Shown: positions 8,924 to 18,662, counted from the stretch's first letter. The stretch: 50,068 nt of DNA from Nitrososphaeraceae archaeon (GCA_021325075.1 JAJPHX010000052.1:1-50068); one strand, 5' to 3'. Program-made: numbers and translations. The notes: generated by a model not told the origin, from the sequence alone.

Positions 8924-9448
8924 TTACTCGCCGCGCTTTTCAACTACTGAGCTGAACATCTGGTCAGGTTCTATGATAGATATGCCTGTCTGCACACCTA
9001 GTATCTCGACGAGTATCACCCAGTCAGGGTTTTCAAGATCCACTTTACTTCCAATTTCGCGTGCAATTGCGTTTATCACATCCATTGAAGCAATGTGGCT
9101 GTGCCTTTTTTCAATGGTTATGCGAAATGTGTCATCGTTTTCAATCCTTATCGCAAGCTCTTTTGCAGCTTCTCGTATGGCATCAAGGTCTGTCGGCACA
9201 ACTGCTTCTATTGGCAGCACGCGGAGCACGTAGCGCACCTGCCACGGTTCGGTGGCTACAAGATCTTTCAGCTTGTCAATCACTAAAAATGGATCAAGCG
9301 CAGTCTGCGCGACAATGATTCCCTTTATTTCGGTTATTTCAGACTCTGATTCAGGGTCGCCAAACATTTCAAGCAGATCCATGATCTCGTCCTGCGCCTC
9401 TTCTTCCGTGAACCGAGATGAAGAAATGATCAGGTTAAACCTGTGCAA
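8924..9448 (-). CDS. Stand-alone THUMP-domain RNA-binding protein
   Basis: RVLPIE, TFRITIEKR, KVDLENPDWVILVEILG. Confidence 0.88.
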   Translation of the reverse strand: MHRFNLIISSSRFTEEEAQDEIMDLLEMFGDPESESEITEIKGIIVAQTALDPFLVIDKLKDLVATEPWQVRYVLRVLPIEAVVPTDLDAIREAAKELAIRIENDDTFRITIEKRHSHIASMDVINAIAREIGSKVDLENPDWVILVEILGVQTGISIIEPDQMFSSVVEKRGE

Positions 9449-10058
9449 TGAGCCTGAGCACCTCGCTTGATTTTATCGCGCCTTCCCTCAATATTCTGGG
9501 TTGTGCGCCTGTCATATCAACTATGGTGGATTCAACTCCGCCTACAGAGCCGCCGTCAAGTAAGATGTCAAAGCCGTCCAGACCTGAGCGCATGACTCCC
9601 TGCGCGCTATTGCTTGACTTTCCGCCTGAAAGGTTTGCGCTTGTGCCAACCAGGTACTTGCATTGTTTCAAAAGTGATAGCGTGCAGCTGTTGGCAGGGA
9701 CGCGCACTGCCAAACTGTTGATGCTTGCAGTGACCCTGCGCGATATCTTTTTGTCAATTAGCGGGGCTACTATTGTTAGGGCGCCGGGCCAGTATTTCCC
9801 GGCAAAGATCTTGCCTGCCCTGCCAAGTGACACAATCCTTTCTGCGTCTTGCAGGCTGTATGCAAGTACAGGCAGCGGTTTTTTCTCATCCCTTCCCTTT
9901 ATTTTGAAAATTCGCTCTACTGCAGAATCGCTGTACGGGTCGCAGCCGATGCCATAGATAGTGTCAGTAGGAAAGACGATCACGCCGCCGTTCCTTATCG
10001 CGGAAACACACTCGGATATTCCATTGTCAGAACAGCCAAGGACTCTGTATTTTGGCAT
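9435..10058 (-). CDS. tsaC: Threonylcarbamoyl-AMP synthase (short TsaC/YrdC type of Sua5 family)
   Basis: FPTDTIYGIGCD, KGR-xx-KPL, WPGALT, TSANLSG, STIVD, LREGAI; no C-terminal SUA5 domain. Confidence 0.93.
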   Translation of the reverse strand: MPKYRVLGCSDNGISECVSAIRNGGVIVFPTDTIYGIGCDPYSDSAVERIFKIKGRDEKKPLPVLAYSLQDAERIVSLGRAGKIFAGKYWPGALTIVAPLIDKKISRRVTASINSLAVRVPANSCTLSLLKQCKYLVGTSANLSGGKSSNSAQGVMRSGLDGFDILLDGGSVGGVESTIVDMTGAQPRILREGAIKSSEVLRLIAQV

Positions 10059-10059
10059 C

Positions 10060-12183
10060 TTAGCCGATCCTTACTATTGCTGCAACGTCCTTTGTCGCGG
10101 CCTTTTTCAGCTCATCTCGGACAGCCTTGGCAACATGCTCTGGCGCGGTAAGGCTTGAAAAGTCCATCAGCTTTACTCCATCTAGGATATGCACCTGCGG
10201 GGCGAGGTCATTTCCGCTTGCCTTGTGTTGTTCAAGCATCGTGTTAACCTTGTCTGCAACTTCGTCCGGCGAGCCGTTGAAAATCGCGGCATTGTCCACT
10301 GAGAGCCTGACCCTTCCGTACTTGTCAAGGACAAGCACTGGTTGTTTTTTTGACTTCAGGAAGAGCTTTTTCTTGCTCGTCTCGCAGGCAAATATGTGGT
10401 AGTTCTTCATGTCAAATATCCTCTGCACGCCCTCGTTGATCCCAAACAGCTCGCACGCAAGGACGTGAGCCTCCTCTGGATTTATCACCGGAGCGTTCGT
10501 GGTGCCGATGTCAAGCGACACATTGCCCATCGCAGTCACGCGGAGAACCGAGCGCTCGCTGATGTATTCCGACTGTATCGTGATCGACTCCGGCAAAGCG
10601 CCGCGTTCTAGTGCTGTTTTTTTGACCTGCTCTGCAAGCGCGGTGATATCTTCCGGCATCGGGTTGCTGACGGTCTTTTCTGCCTCTTCGTGTATCATGG
10701 CAGCCGCGACTCCTATCGATGAAATCACTTCGGCGTGCTCGGCTATCTTGTGCTGCAGCTGCAGTTTCCGCGCGACGTACGGCACAAGCACTGACGCGCC
10801 GCCACCCCCGCCGATAAACACTATTCTTTCTTTTTTCAGCTTGTATTCCTTTATCATCGGCTCGACGATGTCAAGCACCTTCCTTGCAGAAGCGTCAAGG
10901 ATCATTTCAGATGCCTGCTCCGCGCTTATTCCAAGCCTGTTTCCAAGAATTGACAGCGCCATCTTGGCAGAAGTCTGGTTTGCTCTTGCATAATCGCCTT
11001 CAGGCACAATCCCTAGCGCGTTTGCCGCGCAGGTGTTTGTTATCGCAAAGCGCTTGCCGCCTGCCGACTCGATTGCGATATAGTCAATAGGGTCTCCCTC
11101 CTTTGGCCTGAACGTGATTATCTGGCCGCCTTCCAGCTCTTCCGGCGCGGCAAAGCACGAGTAGGGAAGGCCGGCAATGTGTGCTGACCGGGGACCGACG
11201 TCCGTTATCTTTCTTCCGGACCAGCGGACAAGCGAGCCGCCGGCAACGCCAGCGACCCTCACGTCAAGTGACCGTATGCAGGTAGGGTGTTGCATTATCG
11301 TGACATAGCGCACCTCTGGCCTGCCATCCTTTATCACGCAGACGTTGGTTGAAGTGCCGCCCACTTCGATAAACACCCCGTCTATTACGCGCAGATGCAA
11401 AAGGGCTCCTGCAACGCTTGCCGCCGGCCCTGACAGTACAGTGATTATCGGCTTGCTCTTGAAAGTGCTCATGTCGGTGACTCCGCCATCGCCTTTCATT
11501 ATCAGCACCGGAGCTGCGATGTTTTCGTTTCTGACGGCAGATTCTACAAACCTTGCAGTGCCTGTAGCCTTTGGTAGGATTCCCGCGTTTATCGCGGCAG
11601 TGAGCGTCCTTATCTCCAGACCGTATATGCCCGTCAGCTCATGTCCCGCAGTGGAGGGAATGTCTGATTTGCTCATCACAAACTGCTCGTTACTTGGGTC
11701 ATCCACCCCATACGCCTCGCTTATCACGATGACTTCGGCACCTTCCGCCTTGAGCTCGGCTATTGCTTCTTCGACTTGCCTGTCGTCAAGGTACTTTGAA
11801 GTGTCCAGAAATCTGTAGCAGGTGTGCAGGAACTTGTTTGGCGCAAGCTCGACGTCCTTGACATTTGTGCGCTTCATCACGTTTGATTTTTCAAGCCCGA
11901 CTCCCATGCCAATTATCCCGACCTTGGCAGTGTCGCCTTCGAGCAGTGCATTGACTGCCTGTGTAGTACTATGTGAAATCAGCTCAATTTCAGAATTCTG
12001 GATGTCATATTTTTGCATGAGCGACTTTAATGCCTGGACGATGCCGGTTGACACGCCCTCGCTTGAAGAATGGGTTGTAGGGACTGTCACCTTGCCGATT
12101 ATCTTGCCCTGCACCATGTCAATGGCGACAGCTTTTGTGAACGTCCCGCCTACGTCTATTCCGACCCTGATTCTTCTCTGCAT
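10060..12183 (-). CDS. Hydantoinase/oxoprolinase A-subunit family ATPase
   Basis: [48 protein letters not shown] actin-like ATPase motifs. Confidence 0.88.
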   Translation of the reverse strand: MQRRIRVGIDVGGTFTKAVAIDMVQGKIIGKVTVPTTHSSSEGVSTGIVQALKSLMQKYDIQNSEIELISHSTTQAVNALLEGDTAKVGIIGMGVGLEKSNVMKRTNVKDVELAPNKFLHTCYRFLDTSKYLDDRQVEEAIAELKAEGAEVIVISEAYGVDDPSNEQFVMSKSDIPSTAGHELTGIYGLEIRTLTAAINAGILPKATGTARFVESAVRNENIAAPVLIMKGDGGVTDMSTFKSKPIITVLSGPAASVAGALLHLRVIDGVFIEVGGTSTNVCVIKDGRPEVRYVTIMQHPTCIRSLDVRVAGVAGGSLVRWSGRKITDVGPRSAHIAGLPYSCFAAPEELEGGQIITFRPKEGDPIDYIAIESAGGKRFAITNTCAANALGIVPEGDYARANQTSAKMALSILGNRLGISAEQASEMILDASARKVLDIVEPMIKEYKLKKERIVFIGGGGGASVLVPYVARKLQLQHKIAEHAEVISSIGVAAAMIHEEAEKTVSNPMPEDITALAEQVKKTALERGALPESITIQSEYISERSVLRVTAMGNVSLDIGTTNAPVINPEEAHVLACELFGINEGVQRIFDMKNYHIFACETSKKKLFLKSKKQPVLVLDKYGRVRLSVDNAAIFNGSPDEVADKVNTMLEQHKASGNDLAPQVHILDGVKLMDFSSLTAPEHVAKAVRDELKKAATKDVAAIVRIG

Positions 12184-12302
12184 TTGCCAAAACCGTTAGG
12201 CAGACCTAATTGGAGTAGAACAGCCAATTTAAACCATGTTCTTGGGCTCTGTCTAATTAACGGGTCATGGCAATAGGTGTCAAATGTCGGGTCATGCATT
12301 AA

Positions 12303-12587
12303 TCAGTGAAAACTGTTGACAGGCTCTTGGACATTATTCGTGTCAATCTTATCATAGATCGACCTTAGAGTTTTGCCAATCATCGCTAGTGCCCAACCCA
12401 ATAAGGTAATACCGCCCCAAAACGTATATGCTTGCCATCCGAGGGTCATTTGAGTGTCAGATGTACCGTCTAAAGATATGCCAAAAAAGGTTTGAAGGAA
12501 AAGCAGAGTATCCATCCACGCTCCCATGAAGAGTATGATTATTCCGAATATCAGTAACAGACCTCCTAATGTCGAGCCTGCACTCAT
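12303..12587 (-). CDS. Small two-helix membrane protein, AT-richer than neighbours
   Basis: 94-aa ORF with two hydrophobic segments. Confidence 0.6.
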   Translation of the reverse strand: MSAGSTLGGLLLIFGIIILFMGAWMDTLLFLQTFFGISLDGTSDTQMTLGWQAYTFWGGITLLGWALAMIGKTLRSIYDKIDTNNVQEPVNSFH

Positions 12588-12617
12588 ATTGTCTCTTAGT
12601 AATTATTGCTTTTCAAC

Positions 12618-12800
12618 CTATCTCTGTCCTTGGACAGCGTTTTGAATAACAGTCACCCATTTGTTTTGACCTTCGATCTTTATTCCCCCGCTTCAGCCGG
12701 TGTCATTCCACCTAGCCCTTCGTGTTCCCTAAAGTAGTTGTGGTAAAGTTGGTACCCTTTCAGTACTGGAGAATCAGCCTTTCCAATCCGCGCATCATTT
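12618..12800 (-). pseudogene. C-terminal fragment of a DDE (IS6-like) transposase, frameshifted
   Basis: DSPVLKGYQLYHNYFREHEGLGGMTPAEA, then after a frameshift GIKIEGQNKWVTVIQNAVQGQR*; catalytic N-part absent. Confidence 0.75.
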
Positions 12801-12819
12801 TTTGCTTTTTTTCTTTTTG

Positions 12820-13007
12820 CTATCATCTGATTTCCGAAAATATCATAGAGCGGAGAGAATCCTTCAACATTTGCTGAAAATATCGGCTGTGGAAAATAAG
12901 GATCGCCGTACGGCACAGGCTTGGATTTATGGTGGCGATGAACTTGCTTGTGCCAAGTGTTCCTTGTCTGGCAGTTCAGTATCGCAAATCTTGCACTTGA
13001 AGGTCAT
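12820..13007 (-). pseudogene. Frameshifted C2H2 zinc-finger gene
   Basis: ATG 13007: MTFKCKICDTELPDKEHL, then in another frame from 12952: HKQVHRHHKSKPVPYGDPY...; together C-x2-C...H-x3-H. Confidence 0.6.
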
Positions 13008-13054
13008 TTTTCCAAATGCCATGTCTCCAGATAAGGGCAGCTAGCGCCACAGCA

Positions 13055-13468
13055 TCAGTAGTTCCTGCTCTGGCTTTCCTTTCTGCTGGCTTGAGTTGTT
13101 GACTCGTGCGACGCGCCTATCGATGCCATGCTCCCCATGTACGTGCCTGTCACTTCTTTGACCTTTGGATGGTCCTGGATTTGCTTCAGCAATTCATAGT
13201 CCAGCTTGTGCTGCGCCACGATGTGGGTTGCCCTGTCGTGCATCTGCGGGGTCATCCCGGTCATCCGCATCACTTCCTTCCTGATCTCCTCAGGGTCTCC
13301 TCCCTCATCTACAAAAGTTTCAACGGTGTACATCGGCTTAACGTCTGGCTCCTCGCGCAGGCGCAAAAACAGGTCGATTACCAGCTTGCGGTCTACTTTG
13401 GGTAGATACTTTTCTTGGAGCTTTTCAAACTGCTCCATCGCGGAAATTATCTCTTCCTTGCCGCTCAT
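13055..13468 (-). CDS. Hypothetical protein
   Basis: 137-aa ORF, ATG start, TATA-like TTCATATAA upstream. Confidence 0.7.
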   Translation of the reverse strand: MSGKEEIISAMEQFEKLQEKYLPKVDRKLVIDLFLRLREEPDVKPMYTVETFVDEGGDPEEIRKEVMRMTGMTPQMHDRATHIVAQHKLDYELLKQIQDHPKVKEVTGTYMGSMASIGASHESTTQASRKESQSRNY

Positions 13469-13532
13469 ATGATTGCATTAATTGCCCGCTTTACGCTTAT
13501 ATGAAAAAGGGTAGCAACGAATAGAAGATTCA

Positions 13533-13676
13533 TCAGAACCTGCTCGCCGGCTTGATCAGGTCAGCGCTTTTGAATTTTCGTGTCGGATGCTCTATTTCGT
13601 GGTGGTGCCTGTATTCGCCTTCGCTATAAAACGCAAGAAAGCAGTTCGGGCAAGCAAACCATAGTTCGCTACTCAT
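13533..13676 (-). CDS. Small C2H2 zinc-finger protein (47 aa), not in ORF track
   Basis: MSSELWFACPNCFLAFYSEGEYRHHHEIEHPTRKFKSADLIKPASRF: F-x-C-x2-C-x3-F-x5-Y-x2-H-x4-H; TTTATAA about 25 nt upstream. Confidence 0.75.
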   Translation of the reverse strand: MSSELWFACPNCFLAFYSEGEYRHHHEIEHPTRKFKSADLIKPASRF

Positions 13677-13725
13677 ACTTCTTGTAGACGGTTGGAATTA
13701 TAAATAAAATCCAGAGTATCCTTAT

Positions 13726-14847
13726 CTACTGCGAGCGCGCCTTGAGCCACTGGCCGACCTTTGGCAGGACGTTGTTCTGCGAGTACAGGCTTGCGATCAG
13801 CCCGACATGCCCTGTGTGGAATCGCATCAGCCGCTTGTCGGTGCTCGAAACCATGTCGTTAAGCGGCGCGCTGCACTGGGGTGATACTAGGTGGTCCTCG
13901 TCGGCTACGATATTGAGCAGCGGGACCTTGATTTTTGAGAGGTCGATTACGTCGTTGCCCAGTTTCAGCTCGTTTTTCACTAGCATGTTCTTTTGGTAAA
14001 TGTCAGAGATCCATTGCCGGAAGGTCTCGCCGGCTATGGGAGGCGTGTCATACAGCCACTTTTCTATTCGCAAAAAGTTACCTACAAACTGCTCGTTGTC
14101 GATGTTTTGCACCAAGTTGAAATATTTATTCACGCCCTGCTTGAACGGCTTGAGCGCCGAATAGCAGGCGTACAGCTGCTCGCATGGCAGGTTGCCGATA
14201 ACATCTACCATCTTGTTGACGTCCATATTCTTTGCCAAGTTGCCGATGACAGTCGTGTCCTTTTCAGTGTCAACCACCGGAGCAATCACCGCCAGGTTCC
14301 TCACTTTTTCTTGATGCAGGGTTGTATACATTGCAGACATCGAGGCCCCCATGCAGTAGCCGTGCAGCGTCAACTTGTCGACCTTGTTCTTTTTCAGAAC
14401 AATGTCGACGCAGTCGTCGATATAGCAGTTGACATAATCGTCAAACGAAACGTACTTGTCCGCCACTGTTGGAGTCTTCCAGTCTATAAGGTAGACATCA
14501 AAGCCCTGGCTCAGGAGGCTCTTGACCCAGCTCTTGTCCTGCTGGAGGTCAAGCACATAGGATCTGTTGATGAGAGCATAAACAACAAGTATCGGAGTCT
14601 TGGCGGTCTTGTTGACCATCTGCTGGTAATGCAATAGTTTGTATGTTCTAGTCTCTGCGAGCACTTCGTGTGGCGTTTGGCCCACTTCGATGTCGCCGGC
14701 GGAATGCAAAATCGATCTGGTTTTTTCCAGCTTGCGAAAAGCATCCTGGATTTCATCTGCCGCATTAGGCTTTGCTGCCTGGGCAGAGGGCTTGTCCTGC
14801 TCGTTGGCAGGCTTTTGCTGGTCAGGTCGTAGCGCTTCTTGTGTCAT
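13726..14847 (-). CDS. phaC: Class III polyhydroxyalkanoate synthase subunit PhaC
   Basis: VGQTP, VYALINRSYVLDLQ, lipase box GYCMG, catalytic D (DHLV) and H (GHVG). Confidence 0.95.
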   Translation of the reverse strand: MTQEALRPDQQKPANEQDKPSAQAAKPNAADEIQDAFRKLEKTRSILHSAGDIEVGQTPHEVLAETRTYKLLHYQQMVNKTAKTPILVVYALINRSYVLDLQQDKSWVKSLLSQGFDVYLIDWKTPTVADKYVSFDDYVNCYIDDCVDIVLKKNKVDKLTLHGYCMGASMSAMYTTLHQEKVRNLAVIAPVVDTEKDTTVIGNLAKNMDVNKMVDVIGNLPCEQLYACYSALKPFKQGVNKYFNLVQNIDNEQFVGNFLRIEKWLYDTPPIAGETFRQWISDIYQKNMLVKNELKLGNDVIDLSKIKVPLLNIVADEDHLVSPQCSAPLNDMVSSTDKRLMRFHTGHVGLIASLYSQNNVLPKVGQWLKARSQ

Positions 14848-15397
14848 CCTTTGCCATCTCTGCGTTCTTTCTCAGTTCCCTGACGCTTCTTTTCAGCTCG
14901 GCCACGTCCTTCAGGATCTCGTCGACCTCGCTCCTTGTAGGGAGGTTGAGCGTCTTGAAGTTCTTTTCAGCGATACCCTGCATCGCCTTTGACATGTCCA
15001 GCTGCGTGCTGAACAATTTGCCGTACACTGTTGAAAATTCTGGTGACGCAAACAGTGCGGTAAACGAGTCTTCAAAAGCCTCTATCGCGGCGCGCCTGTA
15101 ATTTTCAAAATCATCCTTTGACAAGAGCTGCTTTGGGGCGCGCTCTGCAGTTTCTTTTGCAGCCTTTATATAAGCTGCATTGACAAGAGACCAATAGCTG
15201 TCCATGTCTGCCTTTAGCTCTGCCATTATCTTGCCTAGGTTAATGAAATCGTTGGCGTACGCGCCAATGTCCTTTGAAAAGGCGTACATGGGGCCGATGG
15301 TCGGCAGCTTCATTACATCGGTCCAAAAGTTGAACATCTTGTTCATCTGTTCTTGGGAAAACCCAAATTGCAAATCTTTATCGTTTTCAGCCATCAA
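14822..15397 (-). CDS. phaE: PHA synthase subunit PhaE
   Basis: Directly upstream of phaC, short archaeal type, LNLPTRSEVDEI..ELKR C-terminal PhaE box. Confidence 0.88.
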   Translation of the reverse strand: MMAENDKDLQFGFSQEQMNKMFNFWTDVMKLPTIGPMYAFSKDIGAYANDFINLGKIMAELKADMDSYWSLVNAAYIKAAKETAERAPKQLLSKDDFENYRRAAIEAFEDSFTALFASPEFSTVYGKLFSTQLDMSKAMQGIAEKNFKTLNLPTRSEVDEILKDVAELKRSVRELRKNAEMAKDDTRSATT

Positions 15398-15820
15398 ACT
15401 TCACTTTTTAATGACACCTGTGTAAATCCCCCGGCTGGCTATTATAGTTTCTTGGTATAGGATTTGCACTAAATTAGCAATAATCATGTAAATTTTACAA
15501 CCAAAATTGCATATTTGACATCCTTTACATCTGCAATTTCATATTAAGGTTAACCGCGGTCGACGATTGGCTGTTAAAACCGGAGCATTTGAGAAGAAAC
15601 CCAATAATTCAAAATAGATGACATTTTGGCCTGCCATGACTGGTTTCCAGAGCGGCGCGCCGATGTTGGTAGCTTTTCCAATTATCTACAATTTTCAATC
15701 AGCACTAAAACATTTTGTGAGGTTCTGTCAAGATAGCGGGTTGTCCGGTAACATTTTATAAAGGACTGGCTCGCCTTCATGCTGTCCATGCAAATTGTCT
15801 ACTTGGCAGTTTCTGACAGC

Positions 15821-15910
15821 GGGCTCGTAGCTCAGCATGGATAGAGCGCCTGCCTTCTAAACACTATTGAAGAGAGCCGGAAGTCGTGGGATCGAAGCCC
15901 ACCGGGCCCG
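15821..15910 (+). tRNA. tRNA-Arg(TCT) with 15-nt canonical intron (15860-15874)
   Basis: Acceptor GGGCTCG/CGGGCCC+G73; D-stem GCTC/GAGC; anticodon TCT 15856-15858; BHB central helix CTTC/GAAG; T-arm GTGGG-ATCGAAG-CCCAC. Confidence 0.92.
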
Positions 15911-16481
15911 CTCCTTTTCTTGAAAATGCGTACGCGCCGCCTGCCGCGTATGCGATTGCGATCAATATTCTTGATACCATTACTGCGATGTCCTGATGGG
16001 TTACAAAGAGCGAGCTGTCTATGACTGCAGCGACAGGGATTGCGATAAGCGAAATAGCGGCAACGACCAGCTGTTCGCGGTTGTCAGCGCCACTGTATTT
16101 TCTGAGAAAAAGGTAGGTCGAGAGGTTGCCAAGGCCGATGCCAAGCAGGATAAAGTACTGGTAGAACGCCGGGAACGCCCCGATTGCTGCAAACGGCCCG
16201 GCCCAGCATATGCCGTTGACTGCCTTGTCGCCAGTCGACCACTTTATGCTACTCTTCATCCTGCCGCGTATTGCTGGCGCGGCCTTGCGGAACTTTGCTG
16301 CTCCGGCACCAAAGACTGCGCCAAAACTGCCAATCCATATGATGGCGTAATAGTAAAGCGGAAGGTGGTTGATGTATGCAAGCTCACTTATGACCGAGCC
16401 TGCGCCAACCGCTATCGACACTGATATAAATAGAAATCCAAAAGCCCGGCGCGATTCCACTGCGGGGTTTTGCAACACCAC
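15864..16481 (-). CDS. Multi-pass membrane protein, 3' end antisense to tRNA-Arg
   Basis: About six hydrophobic helices; no family motif recognised. Confidence 0.7.
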   Translation of the reverse strand: MVLQNPAVESRRAFGFLFISVSIAVGAGSVISELAYINHLPLYYYAIIWIGSFGAVFGAGAAKFRKAAPAIRGRMKSSIKWSTGDKAVNGICWAGPFAAIGAFPAFYQYFILLGIGLGNLSTYLFLRKYSGADNREQLVVAAISLIAIPVAAVIDSSLFVTHQDIAVMVSRILIAIAYAAGGAYAFSRKGAGPVGFDPTTSGSLQ

Positions 16482-16529
16482 TATGAGCAGTAAAAGCTAA
16501 TTTAAATCAATAAAAAAGAGAGAGGAGGC

Positions 16530-18662
16530 TTACTGCTTTGTCTTGCCGCTTACCCTTGCCCACTTTGCCATCGCCCCGGCCGCAGTTGCCCACTCGATCA
16601 CAGAGAAATACACCGGGACGTTTGCGTCCTCTATTCTCTGCGAGATGTTCTTTGTGAACGGGCCGCCCATCGCGCCAACGAGGATTGGTTTTTTCTTTTG
16701 CTTCTGAAATGACGCAAGGACATCCACTATGGTTTCTTCAAGCGGATCATCTTGGAAGACGAACCACGGCATGATGATGTCGACATTTGGGTCGTCCATG
16801 AACGCCTGTATTGCAAACCTGTAATCATCAGCGTTTGCAGAGCCAGTGATGTCGCAGGGGTTGCCGATTACATAGGTTGCCGGATAGTGCTCCTTGAGTG
16901 ATTTCTTTGTCTGGTCGCTCAGCTCCGCCACTGAAAGGCCGAGCCTCTCAAACTGGTCGATTGCTGCAATGATCGGACCCGCACCATTTGTGACCATTGC
17001 AACTCTGCCGCCGCTTGGCACTGGCTGCCACGTGAGTGCCTTGAGCGATGCCGTCAATTCTTCATAGCTGTCTACTGAAATGATGCCTGCCTGATCTAGC
17101 GCGCCCTTGACCACTCCGTACGAGCCGCCAAGCGATCCAGTATGCGAAGCCGCCTGCTTGGCTCCTCTCGCAGTCCTGCCGTTCTTGAAAACTACTATTG
17201 GCTTGCTGCGCTCCTTGATGACCCTCTTGGCAGTGTTCATGAACTTCCTGCCGTCGCCCATTCCTTCGACGTACAGACCCACCACCTTTGTCTGCTGGTC
17301 TTCTGACAGGTACCATATCATGTCAGCTTCGTCAACGTCTGACCTGTTGCCGTACGAGATCATTTTGCTCATGCCAAACGTGTCAGAGCTCTCCATGAAC
17401 GCGATTCCGACTGTCCCGCTCTGAGAAAGGAACGCGACGTTGCCTTTCTTGGGGCGCAGCATCCTTGCATGGCCCTGGAACGCGCAGTCAAGGCGGTTCT
17501 CGCCGTTGAACATGCCGATGCAGTTTGGGCCGATTATCCTTATCCTGAGCTGCTTTGACAGCTCTTTCACCTGCGCTTCAATGTCAGCGCGCTCGCCACC
17601 AAGCTCTTTGCCTCCGCCGGAAATCACGACAAAGTTGTGGATGCCTTTCTTTGAAGCTGACTTGAGCAGGTCAGGGACAAATTTCAGGTCAACTGTCACG
17701 ACAACAAGGTCGACCTTATCCGGGATTTCGTCTAGGCTCTTGTACGCCTTGATGCCCATGATCTCTGGGTAGCCCTTTGCGTTCACTGGGTAGACCTTCC
17801 CCTTGTAGTCATGCTTTACCATGCTCTCAAGGACAGAATTGCCCACCTTGCCGGCCTCTGGCGAGGCGCCAATGAGCGCGATGGACTGGGCATTGAAGAA
17901 CAGGTCCATGTACTCTGAATCTGGCTGTGCCCTTGAAACGATCTCCAAGTCCGGCTTGTCGCGCAGGAGGATTTTCGCGTCCACCGCGACATAATCATTT
18001 TCGTAGAATATTACGGGGTTAAAGTCAATGCTTTCATAGTACGGGGCCATTTCTGTCCCGAACTTGCCGATGTTGACAAGCGCGGTTGCAAGCATGTCCA
18101 GATTAACTGGTGCCATGCCCCTAAAGCCCTTCAGTATCTTGTTGCCCTTCAGGTCCTCGATCATGCTGATCGCGTCTTCCTTTGTTATCGGCAGGACCCT
18201 GAAAGAGACGTCCTTGAATATCTCGGTGTAGATACCGCCGATGCCTGCCATGATTACTGGACCGAATTGCGGGTCGTTCTGGAGGCCGACGATAAGCTCT
18301 ATTCCACCCGGCGCCGCCATCTTTTCCAAGAGCACGCCTTTCACGTTGTGCTGCTTGCTCAGCCTGCCGTGCATGTCGTTGAACGCTTCTCTTGCAGCAG
18401 CCTCGTTCTGTATGCCGACCTTGACTCCCTTTACGTCAGTCTTATGCAGAATCTGCGGCGACACGATTTTGGCTACGAGTGGGTAGCCCATTTCCTGTGC
18501 CTGCTTGCCTGCCTCGTCGGCGCTCTTGGCAAGCGCGTACTTTGGCACTTTCACCCCATACTCTGTCAAAACCTGTTTAGCGAGCTCTTCTGTGATTACT
18601 TTTTCCTTGCTTGTAAAAACATCATTAAAGATTTTCTGGACCTTCTCATTGGCCATGCTCAT
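16530..18662 (-). CDS. ADP-forming 3-hydroxypropionyl-CoA synthetase (3HP/4HB cycle, Nmar_1309-like)
   Basis: N-terminal ATP-grasp (HKTDV, DFNP) then CoA-binding domain, IIGPNCIG, phospho-His [21 protein letters not shown]; domain order and sequence as recalled for the thaumarchaeal enzyme. Confidence 0.88.
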   Translation of the reverse strand: MSMANEKVQKIFNDVFTSKEKVITEELAKQVLTEYGVKVPKYALAKSADEAGKQAQEMGYPLVAKIVSPQILHKTDVKGVKVGIQNEAAAREAFNDMHGRLSKQHNVKGVLLEKMAAPGGIELIVGLQNDPQFGPVIMAGIGGIYTEIFKDVSFRVLPITKEDAISMIEDLKGNKILKGFRGMAPVNLDMLATALVNIGKFGTEMAPYYESIDFNPVIFYENDYVAVDAKILLRDKPDLEIVSRAQPDSEYMDLFFNAQSIALIGASPEAGKVGNSVLESMVKHDYKGKVYPVNAKGYPEIMGIKAYKSLDEIPDKVDLVVVTVDLKFVPDLLKSASKKGIHNFVVISGGGKELGGERADIEAQVKELSKQLRIRIIGPNCIGMFNGENRLDCAFQGHARMLRPKKGNVAFLSQSGTVGIAFMESSDTFGMSKMISYGNRSDVDEADMIWYLSEDQQTKVVGLYVEGMGDGRKFMNTAKRVIKERSKPIVVFKNGRTARGAKQAASHTGSLGGSYGVVKGALDQAGIISVDSYEELTASLKALTWQPVPSGGRVAMVTNGAGPIIAAIDQFERLGLSVAELSDQTKKSLKEHYPATYVIGNPCDITGSANADDYRFAIQAFMDDPNVDIIMPWFVFQDDPLEETIVDVLASFQKQKKKPILVGAMGGPFTKNISQRIEDANVPVYFSVIEWATAAGAMAKWARVSGKTKQ

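Larger units (their letters stand above)
12245..12800 (-). mobile_element. Decayed IS6-like element end: candidate terminal repeat, passenger gene and transposase 3' fragment
   Basis: GGCTCTGTCTAATTAA at 12245-12260 resembles IS6-family ends (GG-NN-CTGT); transposase C-terminus at 12618-12800; partner repeat not found. Confidence 0.5.

Noticed and set aside
13993-14637. 214-aa plus-strand ORF
   Set aside because: Antisense shadow of phaC; the same applies to most short antisense ORFs over smc, dnaG, proS and coxA
15721-15735. GGTTCTGTC, similar to the IS6-like terminus at 12245
   Set aside because: Same orientation rather than inverted, similarity ends after 9 nt, no transposase nearby
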